A stretch of DNA of 64,000 bases from Paraglomus brasilianum (GCA_910592345.1 CAJVPI010000010.1:1-64000); one strand, 5' to 3'. Counted from the stretch's first letter, positions 1 to 12,098 are shown. Translations and numbers: made by a program. The notes: generated by a model from the letters alone, not told the origin.

Positions 1-2033
1 ACTTTGTATAACAAAAGTTTTATTTTGAATGTGCAATAAACGATTGAAGAATGTGTTTCAGCCTAACTTTAGTGTAACGGAAAAAAAATTCACAAACTTT
101 TTGGTACCCCCTGTAAATTTTTTTTTAGCCTTTTTCATTAAGTTGTTCAGAAAAGAAACATCATTTACAGTTACATGATCTAACTGTTCAATATACTGCT
201 TGAATATATACCAACCGCTTTTTAACCTTCTTTATAAGTGATAATGGATCTTTCCTCTTCTTTTTCATCATCATCACTGCTTGGAATAGTTTCACCTTGC
301 ATTCCTTCCTCCATTAATATTAAGACTTTCTGTATAATTGTCTCATCAGTTGGTTCTTCCCAGAGTTGAATATTATTATTATCAATATTTACATATTCTT
401 TTGCAGTCATTTCCATCTTTTCATCTTTCTCTTTTAATTGCTGGAGTAAATCAATCAACTGAGGCAATTAAACTATCATTATCCAATTCATCAAGCATCT
501 GGTTTTCAGGCAGAATGCCTGGTTTTTTCCAACAATTATATATTAATATTGTCTGCTGATTAACATGTTTCCAGGCTTCACCAATCAAGTCAATAGCCTC
601 CTTTATATTTACAGGTGTAGTTGTCCCACCATTATCAATTTCACCAATCCGTTTAGACACGAGCAATTTTCAATAATGCATTTTAAAGCTATAAATGATA
701 CTAATACCAGAATCACAAAGCTGGAAGTGAGATGTTGTGTTTGGTGGAAGATAGTGGACTTTTACACACCTTAAATGAAACTCTGCATTAACTACATGAG
801 CTGGATAATTATCAGCAAGTAAAAGTGTTGGCTCTGTGCATATTGTTGGTCAAACCACTTTAACCAATCCTTCCACTTTCACCTGTCATCCAAGCCTTGG
901 AATTGCTGGAATATTGAACTGGTAAAGTGATCAAATTAACATTTTTTAAGCATATTGGTCTTTTATTATTTACCAATAACAAGTGGTTTAAGTTTACAAC
1001 TGCCTGTTGCTTTACATGCAAGTAAAACAGTTAGTCGCTGCTTATCTCTTTTACAGCCTTTGGCAGTATCATTTTTGGAAGCTAATGTCTTGTCTGGTCC
1101 AAGCCGGAAAAATAGACCTGTTTCATTAGCATTGTAAATATTCTCAAGTGAATACTGTTCTAATTGTCTACCATTTTCTATTACTGACATATTAACTGAT
1201 AAATTTCCCCTGATGTTGTTTTTTGCACAATCCCAAAACGTTTTTGAAATATTCTCAGCCAACCATTGGCTGCTTCAAAATTTGCAGGTAAATCCACTCC
1301 AGCATTAACAAATTGTTGATGATACTCTTGTGCCTTTGTTCGAGTATATCTTGAGAAACCGGAATATTATTACTACGCACTATTGAAAACAATTTGTAAA
1401 CGGCTTTTTCAACAATATCAAAATGACCGTTTTGCATTCGAGTACGCTTGCTAGCCCCTTTCTCCAGTTTGCTTAAAAGCATCGAGAACTTTTTGCTTAT
1501 TTCGAATAATATCACTAACGGTTGAGCGATCAATATTGTAAATTCTCGGAACTTTTATTCACAACATTCTATGTAAATGTCAAACAAATAACACGTAAAT
1601 AACGCGAAAATAACACGAAAATAACTAACTATTACGCTGCCTAACGTCCATCGCCTTACGAATAACACGTAAATAACTGCAGTCTTTTTTTAGCAATTAG
1701 GGTAACTTAGGGGATATAACGGGTTCGAATTATTATATTTGGTTATAAGAATTTTGGGATGGGATATATCTGAGGTGGGATATAACTGGCACAAAAAGGA
1801 ACATTCGTTCTTAGAAGGCCATTTGTTTTTACAAAATTTGGGGATATAACCGGGAGTGGGATATGTTGTACCTCAGTTGGGGACCTGTCTCAGTTCTGGA
1901 CTGAGACGACTGGGTTATGGACTGAGTGTCTGGGTTCTGGACTGAGACAACTGAATCCTGGACTGAGTGACTGGGTTCCAAACTGAGACAGGTCCCAAAC
2001 TCAGACACAACAGATATAACCGGGGTACGAGTG
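1..2033 (-). mobile_element. Degenerate pogo/Tigger-family DNA transposon (CENP-B HTH + DDE_1 transposase relic); far end probably outside the window
   Basis: Frameshifted minus-strand ORFs carry family motifs: 1255-1533 (VEKAVYKLFSIVRSNNIPVSQDIL), 966-1262 (YSLENIYNANETGLFFRLGPDKTLA...GCKRDKQRLTVLLACKATGSCKLKPLVIGK) and 451-666 (NIKEAIDLIGEAWKHV...NCWKK.GIL). The terminal sequence, read on the minus strand, is TA|CACTCGTACCCCGGTTATATC (TA at 2034-2035). Subterminal GGGATATAAC repeats lie at about 1711, 1777 and 1841. Confidence 0.88.
1864..2012. mobile_element. 149-bp MITE with TGT...ACA ends, ~32-bp imperfect TIRs and 4-bp GATA target-site duplication (Ginger-like termini)
   Basis: The left end TGTTGTACCTCAGTTGGGGACCTGTCTCAGTT matches the reverse complement of the right end, TGTTGTGTCTGAGTTTGGGACCTGTCTCAGTT. 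GATA occurs at 1860-1863 and 2013-2016. The interior is ~20-21-bp tandem units (CTGGACTGAGnnnCTGGGTT). Confidence 0.85.
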
Positions 2034-2035
2034 TA

Positions 2036-2980
2036 TTTATTGTTTATTTATTTTTAGTGACAAGATAATTAACCATAATATAGGATCAACCACGAATCAG
2101 CAAAGTTTGTCTTTGTCATTTCGATCTCGAAAAGATTTACGACAAACAATAATAATTCGTGCGCAAAATTTTTCAAAATCCACGTGGAACCATTTTTATC
2201 AACCCTTTCCATAAGCACTCTGGACGACAAACGCGATTTGTGGCCTCTTCATTTCAAAAAGAAAAGGCATAATAATAAGTGGCCTGTTCCTCACAGAATA
2301 ACGTCCGATCGCAAGATCACATATATTCGCAAAACTAACGAGACGCAAAAACAACTCCGCGATACCCAAGCGGATGGTTCTGTTCATGCAGCCCCCCTTC
2401 ACGTGGTACTCTCCTACTAAAGGTGTAGGTAAAATTGGCCAATACGGCATTGGACGAATTATTTGTCTATGCAAGCATATGTATAATCTTCTTTCTATAA
2501 AGGACAAGCTGGCTACCTCTAGTTCAAACCGCAAGAAAAAGGCCTTGCGACTTGATAAGGCAATCTTTCAGATGCGACAAAATCAAACACCTGCAAAATG
2601 AAGTACATAAAAAGAGTGTCGCACTTTTTACCCGCGAATTATCATTCCTCCTTTTGAGGTGTCGAATATGGTAAATCGAAAAACAAGAAAGATAACACGA
2701 AAACCCGTTCGTAAAAGGGCCCACTATCAATTTTGTCAACGTCTGGTGGCTAAAGCAGAAGAATTAGGTGTTCATGTTATTATCTAAAATGAGGCCTATA
2801 CTTGCAGCTGGTGTGAGGGTTCGATATGTACAAGTGCCGGAATTGTGGGACTGTGATGAAAATGGCGCTCGGGAAATCTTCCTCCGGGCATTGCTTGATG
2901 GAGCCTTGATTCTCTCCGGAGATCATTGTGGGAAATAGTAGTAATGTCTACTATTACTATTGATATGTTACAATCATCCG
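2036..2980 (+). mobile_element. Fanzor2 (eukaryotic IS607-type TnpB) element, copy 1; 5'-truncated pseudogene plus right end
   Basis: Across frameshifts it reads SFRSRKDLRQTIIIRAQNF...FTWYSPTKGVGKIGQYGIGRII.LCKHM..LLSIKDKL...NEVHKKSVA.FTRE..IIPPFEVSNMVNRKTRKITRK...AHYQFCQRLVAKAEELGVHVII*NEAYT...CRNCG...DENGAREIFLRALLDGALILSGDHCGK* (stop ends 2938). This is RuvC/Zn-finger architecture with the rearranged E in EAYT that characterises Fanzors. Confidence 0.9.
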
Positions 2981-3000
2981 CTATTATAACCCAATTCACC
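2860..3000 (+). ncRNA. Putative Fanzor omegaRNA (scaffold ending at 2980, with flanking guide at ~2981-3000); 5' boundary unknown
   Basis: Overlaps the 3' end of the Fanzor CDS. It has a hairpin around TCTCCGGAGA (2913-2922) and a 10-bp stem AATAGTAGTA/TATTACTATT with one G-U pair (2934-2961). The conserved terminus is shared with copy 2, after which the copies diverge. Confidence 0.6.
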
Positions 3001-4571
3001 TAAACTCATTTTACCATCGCTAAGCTAATATTATAGTCAGCTGTCAATATTAATGGTCTCCTACTGTATGGAGCAGGAGTTGCTGTATTATTTCCTCAAA
3101 CGAGCGAACAATAACCTACGTCCTTCAAAATTTACGCTAGAACTTTAAGGTAAATTTTTGCAGTTTGTAATGCAAGCTTGTCAGTATTTTTTTTCTCTCT
3201 TCATTTCTTTTCAGGAAATTTAACAACATTTTGTATGTTCTTTGGGGATTTCGAATAGATATAATTTGACGTTAATATTAGTTTTAATAATCTACAAATA
3301 GTATGCGTGGTAACTCGAATCTTGCGTTTTTTATTACAATAAAATAAGGCACCAAATGTGATGCTGCGAATTAATTTTTTCGTAGCAGTCCCTGATGCCC
3401 AATGAATAAGGATGCGAACTAACGCCACTACGACAAAGGCGCGACCACACGGCAACGCAGCCTCTGTATAGATTGTGTGAATTAGAAAAAGTGCCAAAAG
3501 ATCTGTCGCATTTATTACGAACGGATGTATATTTGACTTAAGAGCGTAAGTTTTCTTTGTTCTACTTGCTATTACCAGTTGGGCCAGTTTAGCATACTTT
3601 TCCACTGCGAGTAACGTGAAAGCAAGTTTGTATATGCAATAAGCTAAGCAGTAAAAACGCTACAGGACCTCTCTGTCAAGCAAAAATGTCGCGTATCATT
3701 GCTCTCCTAGATATACCACCATGACATAAGTAAATTCACGGTTTTAATATAACATTGCAATTTTATAATTAAAAATACGTATATTGATAAACTGCCCGAG
3801 GACCACGTACTAGAAAATTATTCTCCGTTATAAAATTACAGGGAGGTCTTTTGTAACAGCTTTACAACTGAGCGATGCTTGCTGGTTTAAATAGACCATA
3901 TTAATATCCTGCTCAAAGTTATATTTTGAACTCAAAATCTCATTTGTCAATTTTATGGCATGTGTTGTGAATCTAAAATAGCTGGCTTCTCGTGAGAAAG
4001 CTATTTACTATTACAATCTAATTTGCATGTGCGTACTTCGGTCATCTTATCAGATATAGCAGAATTTAAACAAATTCACCTGCGTCACATCAACATGTAA
4101 GGATAAAATTACAATATTGGCAATTTTGATCGAAATCTTGTTGGAAACGAATAATATTCTTTTAAAAATTCGGTTTGTTTACGACTTTACTTGTATATTA
4201 ACATTTTAGGCACGGAGGCTTTGAATTACAGAATTTAATGTTAACATAGTAATAATAATAATAACAGTAAACATAGCTGTGTGACTTGAATAATCATCTG
4301 TCAATGCAAGCATGTATTATACACAAAGCGCAAGCAATCTATTACTAACGTGCGTGTGCTTTTATTAAGGGCTTCGATTCCCAGTCTATCATTAAATAAA
4401 TATGACTATTGATCAACAATTATTGCCATAGCATTATTTGTTTGGCTTTTGAATTAGCTTCTGCCCGAATAAAACATTAGAAATATGCAATAATACATTG
4501 CTACAAATACAATATAATTACGATTACGACTACTCAAAACTTCACATTCTCCTGATATCATACTCTGTAGA

Positions 4572-5093
4572 TTACAGCTGGCTGGCCAACACTGCAAACA
4601 ACGTCATTCCCGTAATGAAAAGCTTCTTTACGCTAAACGTACGCCCAGTTGCCGAGCTAGATCCACCGTCAACTGAGGGTTCTGGAGTAGGAGTAGTTTC
4701 TTGAGTTGGAGAACCCGAACCATTAAGCACGTTTACAATATTGCAAAGGGATCCTAATTCTTTCGAGCTGGGAAGTTGAGCACTTAGAGCACTTTGGCCA
4801 GTGGCATCAAAGCACTGCTTGCACCCATCAACAGCACTCTGAGCTGGACATATGCACTTTTGTATTGCCAATACCAACTGCTTATAATCATCAGCTGAAT
4901 AAGTTGTATTAGTGCCACCGCCCTGCAATGGCATACCTTTTGAACACTGTTCGAACGATGCATATTGAGTCTGACAGGCAGTACATCCAGGAACATTAGG
5001 ATCAAACGTCGGTGTTGGTAAAGATGTTGGTACAGACGTTGGTACAGCTATTGGTACAGTTGTTGATGGTACAGTCGGATATGGGGTCGACAT
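4572..5093 (-). CDS. Cys-rich, Ser/Thr/Pro-rich putative cell-surface (GPI-anchor-like) protein
   Basis: Intact ORF from ATG at 5093 (MSTPYPTVP...). It has 8 Cys including CxxC/CxC pairs, a PT-rich N-terminus, and a GGSSSA linker followed by a hydrophobic C-terminal tail (LFITGMTLFAVLASQL). Confidence 0.75.
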   Translation of the reverse strand: MSTPYPTVPSTTVPIAVPTSVPTSLPTPTFDPNVPGCTACQTQYASFEQCSKGMPLQGGGTNTTYSADDYKQLVLAIQKCICPAQSAVDGCKQCFDATGQSALSAQLPSSKELGSLCNIVNVLNGSGSPTQETTPTPEPSVDGGSSSATGRTFSVKKLFITGMTLFAVLASQL

Positions 5094-6732
5094 TTTGATA
5101 GCCTTCGTTATCGTTTTGTAGCAATTGTTATGTGTAATGCTTGACCAGTTAACCGAAAACCTTCCGGTGCACGTTAGAAACGAGTGAACAAGTGAATGGG
5201 AGTATGCAGTTGACAACAGAAACCCATCCGTTCTGCAAAGCTTGATTTATTATATATTCATAGTTGAAACTTGCAATGTATTTCATTACTAGAACTATTA
5301 AGATTTGGGTAACGATGTGGACGTCACTGATATGGAAAAATATACCGAGTAACACATGCAAAATGTGTATTTAAAAATAGACAAATAAAATCTATTAAGG
5401 AAATCCCCCAAAATCTACTCTTGGGGGGTGCCATTTCGGAATGGTAAAGCAGGAAAGGACCAACTCAATGAGGAAACTCGTGTTATATCGTGAGAAAAGT
5501 AACACATGACAGTCTCGTTAGAAAGAATTCGGAATAGTTATCTTTCTAGTATCAATGCGAGATCTTGTTTGTACCCAAACAATGACTGTCAGATATCAAC
5601 GGGCAATATGGAGGAACTATTACAACATCTACTAAGAAGACACTTATCTATAGTGAACGTCCACATAAAGCACGCCCTTGGGAATATGTATAGGGCAAGC
5701 ATTTTATTGTGTGCACGTGACCGAACAGACTGATGTTCAAATTTTGTTTTTATGTGGGAATATATACTCGGGGATGACCCTGTGCCTCTTTTCTGACCTC
5801 AAATGTAATAATAAAGTTTTTCACGGCAGTTACAAGTTCGATAGCACGGAATTATTTGCAAGAAAGTCAAATCTGTACCCCAAATCCTTGCCGATCAATA
5901 GTAATAAGCGACGCTACGGTTCTTTTTGTCCGTACTTACAAGTCATAAGCAGACATATCTGTATAATGAAGTAAGAAAGGTTTGCCGATGATTTTTATAA
6001 CTTGCCAGAAATTAGATAAGGTCTACTCGTTGATTATTGGTCGTTTATATTTGGGGGATTAACTGTTTTTGCGAATGCGCCATTTTCATATATTTATTTG
6101 AAATCCGAAACTAACCAATGGGGTTCGAGAATAGAATCTGATCAACCAATGAAAGACAAGATCTGTCATTATAACAAACTATATATCGCTATGTTGTGCA
6201 AATCACATGAAAATCACGAAACTCAGTGGGAAACGAAAAAACCGTGCATCAATCCCTAATTCCCGAGCATCAGGAATGAGGGGAGTTCATTCATCCAGTT
6301 ATCTGCTTAGCGAATATTGCATATAAAATTTCAACTCCCAGACTGATATCTCTTGCTCGTATGGACTAGATAACTGTAGTATTCCATGGAAAGAGGTATG
6401 TTGTATGACACGTGCTTTTTTATATGATAAATCAATAACGCATAGTTTCAGCCCTCGATTAACTGTTTGTCGCTTACAATCAGTTACGATTACTAGCATC
6501 AGTGTGTACGTGATCAACAAGAACTGCAACGAGGAAACTCCTTGCATAGAGCACTCATTGGCGACATATCGTTATTCGATTAAATGATTAAAACTCAGCA
6601 TGAGATATCGTACCCAGAAGGAGAGTATCGGCAACACCACATCGACATCACGTATTATGTTTTGTGCCTCTATTAACTGATGATACTACCGTGCAATCGT
6701 ACATATAACAGCAGTCTTTTCTTATTACTACT

Positions 6733-7726
6733 ATACACATTCTGGATTCTTCTTCTTTTGCTTTGTATGTTTTTTGCACTTCGTCTTGCCATTAAGTAGC
6801 CCTCTTCGCCTTGCCGCGTAATCAATCTCTCTTATTTGCTATATAAACAATGAGAGCATCAGAGCTCGTATTCAATTCCCATGGTCTCTTAATCATAACG
6901 ATATACGACTACCTCTATTCCATATCCGTGATCACCCCCTGCCCGCCTCGTGTATGACTCTGACCATACAGGTATATGGCCATAATCGTCTGTGAAGTAC
7001 CGGCGATTATCTGCAAGAGATGATCCTAATGGTGGACGAAAACGTAATTCTGGCTGTATGTCTAATATAGTATATATAAATGCATGGCAAGTAAGCACAA
7101 TTATATATACGCGTATCGAGATTAAAAAGCTATGTATAGTCGAATACTTGCTCTTGTCATATTTCCAAGATAACTTCTCGCCGTGAGTCATTAGACGGCA
7201 TCGACCATACAACATTGAAGAGTCGGTATACTCTTCATAAGTATCATTCTGTTCCCAGCATTCTGGGCCATCACCTGCATCCTGCTCTTCAAACACGTCC
7301 TCAATGGGTGTAGATGTTTCTGTTTGTGATTGATCGCTTAATGGTTGATATATCGGTGAATAATTGTTTGTTGATTGGTCGGGGACAATTTTTCGATGTC
7401 TTTTCATCGAAAAGACTGTGTTTGGCGTTTCTGAGCCACAACTATTACTTCGAAAACATAGGCTTAGTTGGCTCGGGATCAAACAGATATCGTTCACAAT
7501 TACTGTAGATAAATAATAGTGATATACACCTTTTACTAGGAAGAATTAGTTGAATACTTGCTGATTGGCATTCTTCATCGATCAATACGTATAATCGGTA
7601 CGTGCAACTGACGATATAACCCAAACAGCCGAATATAACAAGCCATAGGACATCGATTAGTTTACAGTATATAAAACACTTGCTAATATATCCCGCACAA
7701 GTGAATGCCCAAGATAGAGAAACCAT
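6733..7726 (-). CDS. Uncharacterised multi-exon protein, possibly with a hydrophobic N-terminus
   Basis: A long open frame (6889-7497) has protein-like segments (EEQDAGDGPECWEQNDTYEEY..., IQPELRFRPPLGSSLADNRRYFTDDYGHIPVWSESY) separated by AT-rich intron-like stretches. There is a possible last exon QIREIDYAARRRGLLNGKTKCKK...*. Boundaries are approximate and no family is recognised. Confidence 0.45.
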
Positions 7727-8043
7727 CAGCGATATAGACGAGCTCTTAGAGTGCGAAAAATAAGGATTTATAGTTTTGTCGAAAGTAGGGACAAACAGCT
7801 AACAGGTAAGAAGAAAAAAACTGGTGATTGTCGCTTTATTCAGCTGATCTTTCATGTCATTGGACAAAAATTGTAAAAACACGCGATACTAATACAGTCA
7901 AATCACATGATAAATCAACGCGAGTGAAAAAAGTGCACATGAATGATGTACATACAATAGACATAGTTATCGAATATATTGCTATATTATATCTAGAAAA
8001 TAAATAAGTAACAACTTTTATAATAAAGGCAAAACGTTTCGCG

Positions 8044-8976
8044 CTACAAACGCACTTGTCTGTCAACAGAGTGAAGATGTCCACGGTCAACATGACTACG
8101 ACTAGTTGAAGGTTGACTAAGGGGAGGTAGCAGATTTCTCCACGATGGATCAATCGTGGTAGCATCATAAGCAATCAGTGGTTTATCTTGAATAAAAGAA
8201 TTACAAGAAAATGCAGATAATTGCCAAGAATCAGCAGCCCAATTACAAATATTACTGCTATTGCTGTTATCAATAAAAGCAGTATTGTTGAGAACAGGTG
8301 AAGATAATGAAGTAATAGAAGGGGATAATGGATAAGAATTATCGATAGAACCAGTGACAATATTATTATGTGCAACTGTATAATTAGTAGACGTAATATT
8401 GCTAACATTCGGTTGAGTTTCAGATAAGGTTGATGGACAAAGAGCATCGTCCGTTAATTCGTTTGTACTAAATATGTACACTGATTCAGCAATTATGGCT
8501 TTCTTCTTTGGTTGGTAAGTGTATCCAGGAAAAATATAGCTATGAAACTCCTTTGCACACTCAGCGATATAATTGTATAACAACCGTGTCTCCGAATCGA
8601 TCTTTTCCCATCCCCTGCTTGCAATTTTGGATACAAATTCTAGCTGACTACCAACATCGTGACCTTTGACTTCATTGATCTTCTTTTGTAAATCGCGACG
8701 ATATAAAATGTACATATTCTGTGGCCGAGGTGGACCAGTACGATGGCGTGATTTTCTTTGTCCTGGTCTGATGAGATCTCTTAAAGGTGTGTGAATTCGG
8801 CGTTCGATTTTTTTAAGAATGTCTGGAGGAATGCGCTGCGAAATTATAATGTCTAGCATCACGTCGGGAGACAGAGGATATTGAGCATCGGAGAAGTTGT
8901 AATTAGGAGGTTCGAGTTTTGATAGGGAGGGTTGAAAGGAATAAGCATCAGTGTTATATTTAATAGTAGGATTCAT
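8044..8976 (-). CDS. MATA-type HMG-box transcription factor
   Basis: 310-aa intronless ORF containing PPRPQNMYILYRRDLQ...VSKIASRGWEKIDSETRLLYNYIAECAKEFHSYIFPGYTYQPKKK, followed by a Ser/Asn-rich tail. Confidence 0.92.
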   Translation of the reverse strand: MNPTIKYNTDAYSFQPSLSKLEPPNYNFSDAQYPLSPDVMLDIIISQRIPPDILKKIERRIHTPLRDLIRPGQRKSRHRTGPPRPQNMYILYRRDLQKKINEVKGHDVGSQLEFVSKIASRGWEKIDSETRLLYNYIAECAKEFHSYIFPGYTYQPKKKAIIAESVYIFSTNELTDDALCPSTLSETQPNVSNITSTNYTVAHNNIVTGSIDNSYPLSPSITSLSSPVLNNTAFIDNSNSSNICNWAADSWQLSAFSCNSFIQDKPLIAYDATTIDPSWRNLLPPLSQPSTSRSHVDRGHLHSVDRQVRL

Positions 8977-10335
8977 TGCAATGTGGGATTGGTTAGAGGA
9001 AGAGCAAATGGTTTATTGGCGAACAGTGTGGTGTTTATTTCTGGACCCCTTTGAGTTAGCATCTCGAAAATTGAGTGCAAAAGAGATGCTTTTATATTGT
9101 TTAGAAAATCTGTACCATATAAGTTGTACGTCCCAAACATCATATTGATACGCGGAACTAGGTTTTCAAATAATTCCGGGCCCGTGGGGCTTATTCTTTG
9201 CTTGGTTTTACGTTGAACAAAGAGTGAACACAAAAGTTTTATAAAAACTATTGTATTTAAACAGTGTTATTACATAATTGATAAGATTTTATAGTAAGCT
9301 CGACGTATAACATACTACATATATTATTTGTATTCGCGCGTGATCTTTTTTATTGGCAACTTGATGTCGGATTTCTATTATTATCAAGGTTAGAGAAAAA
9401 CCTTAATGGCTAACTAATATTGTATATATCGTCCCATAATCTATCCCAAATTGTCACCAGCGACTCTCATAATAATGGTGATATTGTTCAGAGATTAGGC
9501 TGAAGGCAGGACAATCGAGTGAGTCTTGTTAACATTTTACTGGATAGACTACGACTCGGAACCACAGTTCCTTTATCCCGAATATTCCTAGCTTCGCCAT
9601 AGTTTTTGGGGCAGCCTCAACATACAAATTTGTTGTTCCAGAGACAGAACAATGAGAGATGGCAATTATCTTTGTTATGTACTGTACAGCTGAAATTATA
9701 ATGTGTACTATAAATAAATAATATTCATAATACTGTTATCCATCTCCTGTTTTCTTTATTCGTATAGAGAGTAACATGAGAAGAAGTGGACGATTGATTG
9801 AGTGAACAGTTAAAGTTCCGTACACCCCGAATCCCTGGTTGCAAATTTGTGTGTTCATCATATAATTGGTTGATATTACCTGATAACAAGAAATACGCGC
9901 TGCCCCAATAAACAATGACGACAATTAAAGATATCGATATAGATAAATATTAGAGTGAACAACAATAGTTATGCACACGCCTGCAAGTTACATATTAATT
10001 TATCTGTCCATTGTAATAGTAACATTGATCATTACTGCATTATGTACATGTTCTTTGTTCAGTGAATTTTTTGCTCTTGCACAATCAACCTACCGAAGAG
10101 CAGGAATACGGTATTAGTATCAAATTGTAAAGAGACACAGGTAATCAGAAAAGATTGATATCCATGCAGTGGGGGTAAAATGTAAGACGGCCATCCCGTA
10201 TACTGGCACATCAGTTATTCAACAATTTCCCCAAGCTGCGATGAAAAAAAAGGTGGTATTCTACTATTAAGCAGCTCGCAAAAAGACGGAATGAGGCTTA
10301 GATGTCAACGTCTAATTACCAATTGACTTTACATG

Positions 10336-10485
10336 TACAATCAACCCTCTTTATAGTCACCCCCTCTATAAGCACATCGTATAAAAACCTCTTTATAAAC
10401 ACACCATGTTTGTTGAGAACCAATTACTATTGAACTTGTAGGAAAAACCCTCTATATAGTCAAACCTCTTTATAAGCACATTTTC
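10336..10485. mobile_element. Pogo/Tc1-type MITE end remnant with subterminal repeats
   Basis: Starts TACAATCAACCCTCTTTATAGTCAC and repeats CCTCT(T)TATAAGCAC-like units about five times. No convincing partner TIR was found. Confidence 0.5.
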
Positions 10486-10922
10486 AACAAAAGTTGCATT
10501 GTTCCCGACAGCGTATGCTCGGATCAGCCAATGGGAGCCGCACATTCAACGATAAGCGTGAGCTGTGTATTAGTATCCGCTTCAGAGATGACTTTAATAA
10601 CTGTTTATATGACACCCCAATTCTAAACCAGCTAATGATAAGTGGAAACCAGTTTCACCATGGAACCTCTTTTGATTATGTGCTTTTGAACGTGCCATTC
10701 TGGAAAGAAAAAACTTTACTATCTGACAGCGACTTCCGCATTGTCAAGGGAGGAGGGATAAGAGGTGGGATAAAAGAGACTAGATTATTTTATAAACTGG
10801 CTGATTGATCGTTTGGCATTTAGTAACGTTCTCCTTGTTTAGGACAGGGGAAGTTGAAAGTCAATATTAAATTTGACGTAATAGTAATAGTAATAATCTA
10901 TTGATCACGTGACACCACTCAT

Positions 10923-11802
10923 ATGGCAAAGAAGTCGCGCTGTAACGAGAATATAATCATGGAAAACCACGTCTTCAACATACAAGAGACTGTCGCTTTC
11001 CCTATTGCTAGAGTTAAGCGCATTATTAAACAAGACGAGGATGTAAAAGCTTGTGCTGCTGACGCGACGCTTCTCATCGCTGCTGCCGCGGTAATTGACA
11101 TATATACATTTAACTAGGAGATATTGGTTTGCATTCTATTCATTCATATTAGTTCTATTACTTTGTGATAGGAACTATTCGTGGAATTCGTTGTTAAGCA
11201 AAGCCTACAAGAAGCGCGTAACGACAAACGCAAAACGGTCGCCTTCCGAGATATATGTGAGTTGGCGATAAGTTCAGAATCTCGTCTCCAAGAATTTTTA
11301 CTAATGATTTATCTGTTTGTTATGTAGCGGGCGCCATAGAATCAACCGACAACCTTCAATTTTTAGACGGTACTTTAAACATGAATTATTTGACACCCGC
11401 GATCAGTATATGCTCAATTTTATATCTTACATTCTAGAGTTGATTTCGCTGCTTCGCGATCGAATAGCATTGTATGACACCTCAAAACGTAAACCGAAGT
11501 TGACAAAGACGACAGAATCATCTATGGGAAGCACAGCAGCGACAACGGATATTTTCAATAACAATGAGGATCTACAAATTGAAATAAACACAGATAAAGA
11601 CGAGATAAACACCGATGAGGACGAAATAAGTGCTGATGAGAATGAAATAAACGCTGACGAAGACGAAGGCAACGAGGGCTTAGACGTTACCACGTCTGAT
11701 ACAGACGAAGATATGATTTCCGAAGAATTAAACACCGAGATGAACATAGAGCACGCTGGCGAGTCTAATGTGAATTACCACTCTGCAGAGGACGAACGAT
11801 GA
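10923..11802 (+). CDS. Histone-fold protein (Dpb3/POLE4/CHRAC1-like, CBFD_NFYB_HMF) with acidic tail; 4 exons
   Basis: The spliced frame reads FPIARVKRIIKQDEDVKACAADATLLIAAAA|ELFVEFVVKQSLQEARNDKRKTVAFRDI|SGAIESTDNLQFLD|ELISLL. GT-AG introns lie at about 11091-11171, 11257-11327 and 11370-11436. Confidence 0.9.
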
Positions 11803-12098
11803 CATAACGGTTTTGACGCGCAACCATTATTATTCGTTCCTATATGATGTTAACCTGCATGTAGGTTTGGTGACGGCCTACCAAAATTCTAACCAAGAGA
11901 TTAATCTGTTGGACGTGAATTACATAATAATATCTGCGTATAGTCGTCAATAAATCATGGAGTTGACATAAAAATCTTCATTAATGTATAGCCAATGTCC
12001 ATTCCTACATATTATTTAGAAAGACTGTTTTTATTCAATCTTTGGCAAATACGGAGTCATTCCTCAGTACCAGATCGTCTGTCCTACTATAATATTAC

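Noticed and set aside
1896..1980. CRISPR-like repeat array
   Set aside because: The units are contiguous tandem repeats without unique spacers, lie inside a TIR/TSD-bounded element, and are in a eukaryotic context.
3201..3605. 134-aa ORF with KYAKLAQ resembling an HMG helix 3
   Set aside because: It has a non-ATG start and no upstream HMG helices, and I could not build a coherent gene.
8044..8976. Mucorales-type sexP/sexM mating-type locus
   Set aside because: The flanking triose-phosphate transporter and RNA helicase genes are absent, and MATA-HMG genes are highly multicopy in these fungi.
11427..11747. Ser-rich minus-strand ORF (and similar antisense ORFs at 2199, 8175, 16092, 18496)
   Set aside because: These are shadows or alternative frames of real genes or of the Fanzor relic.
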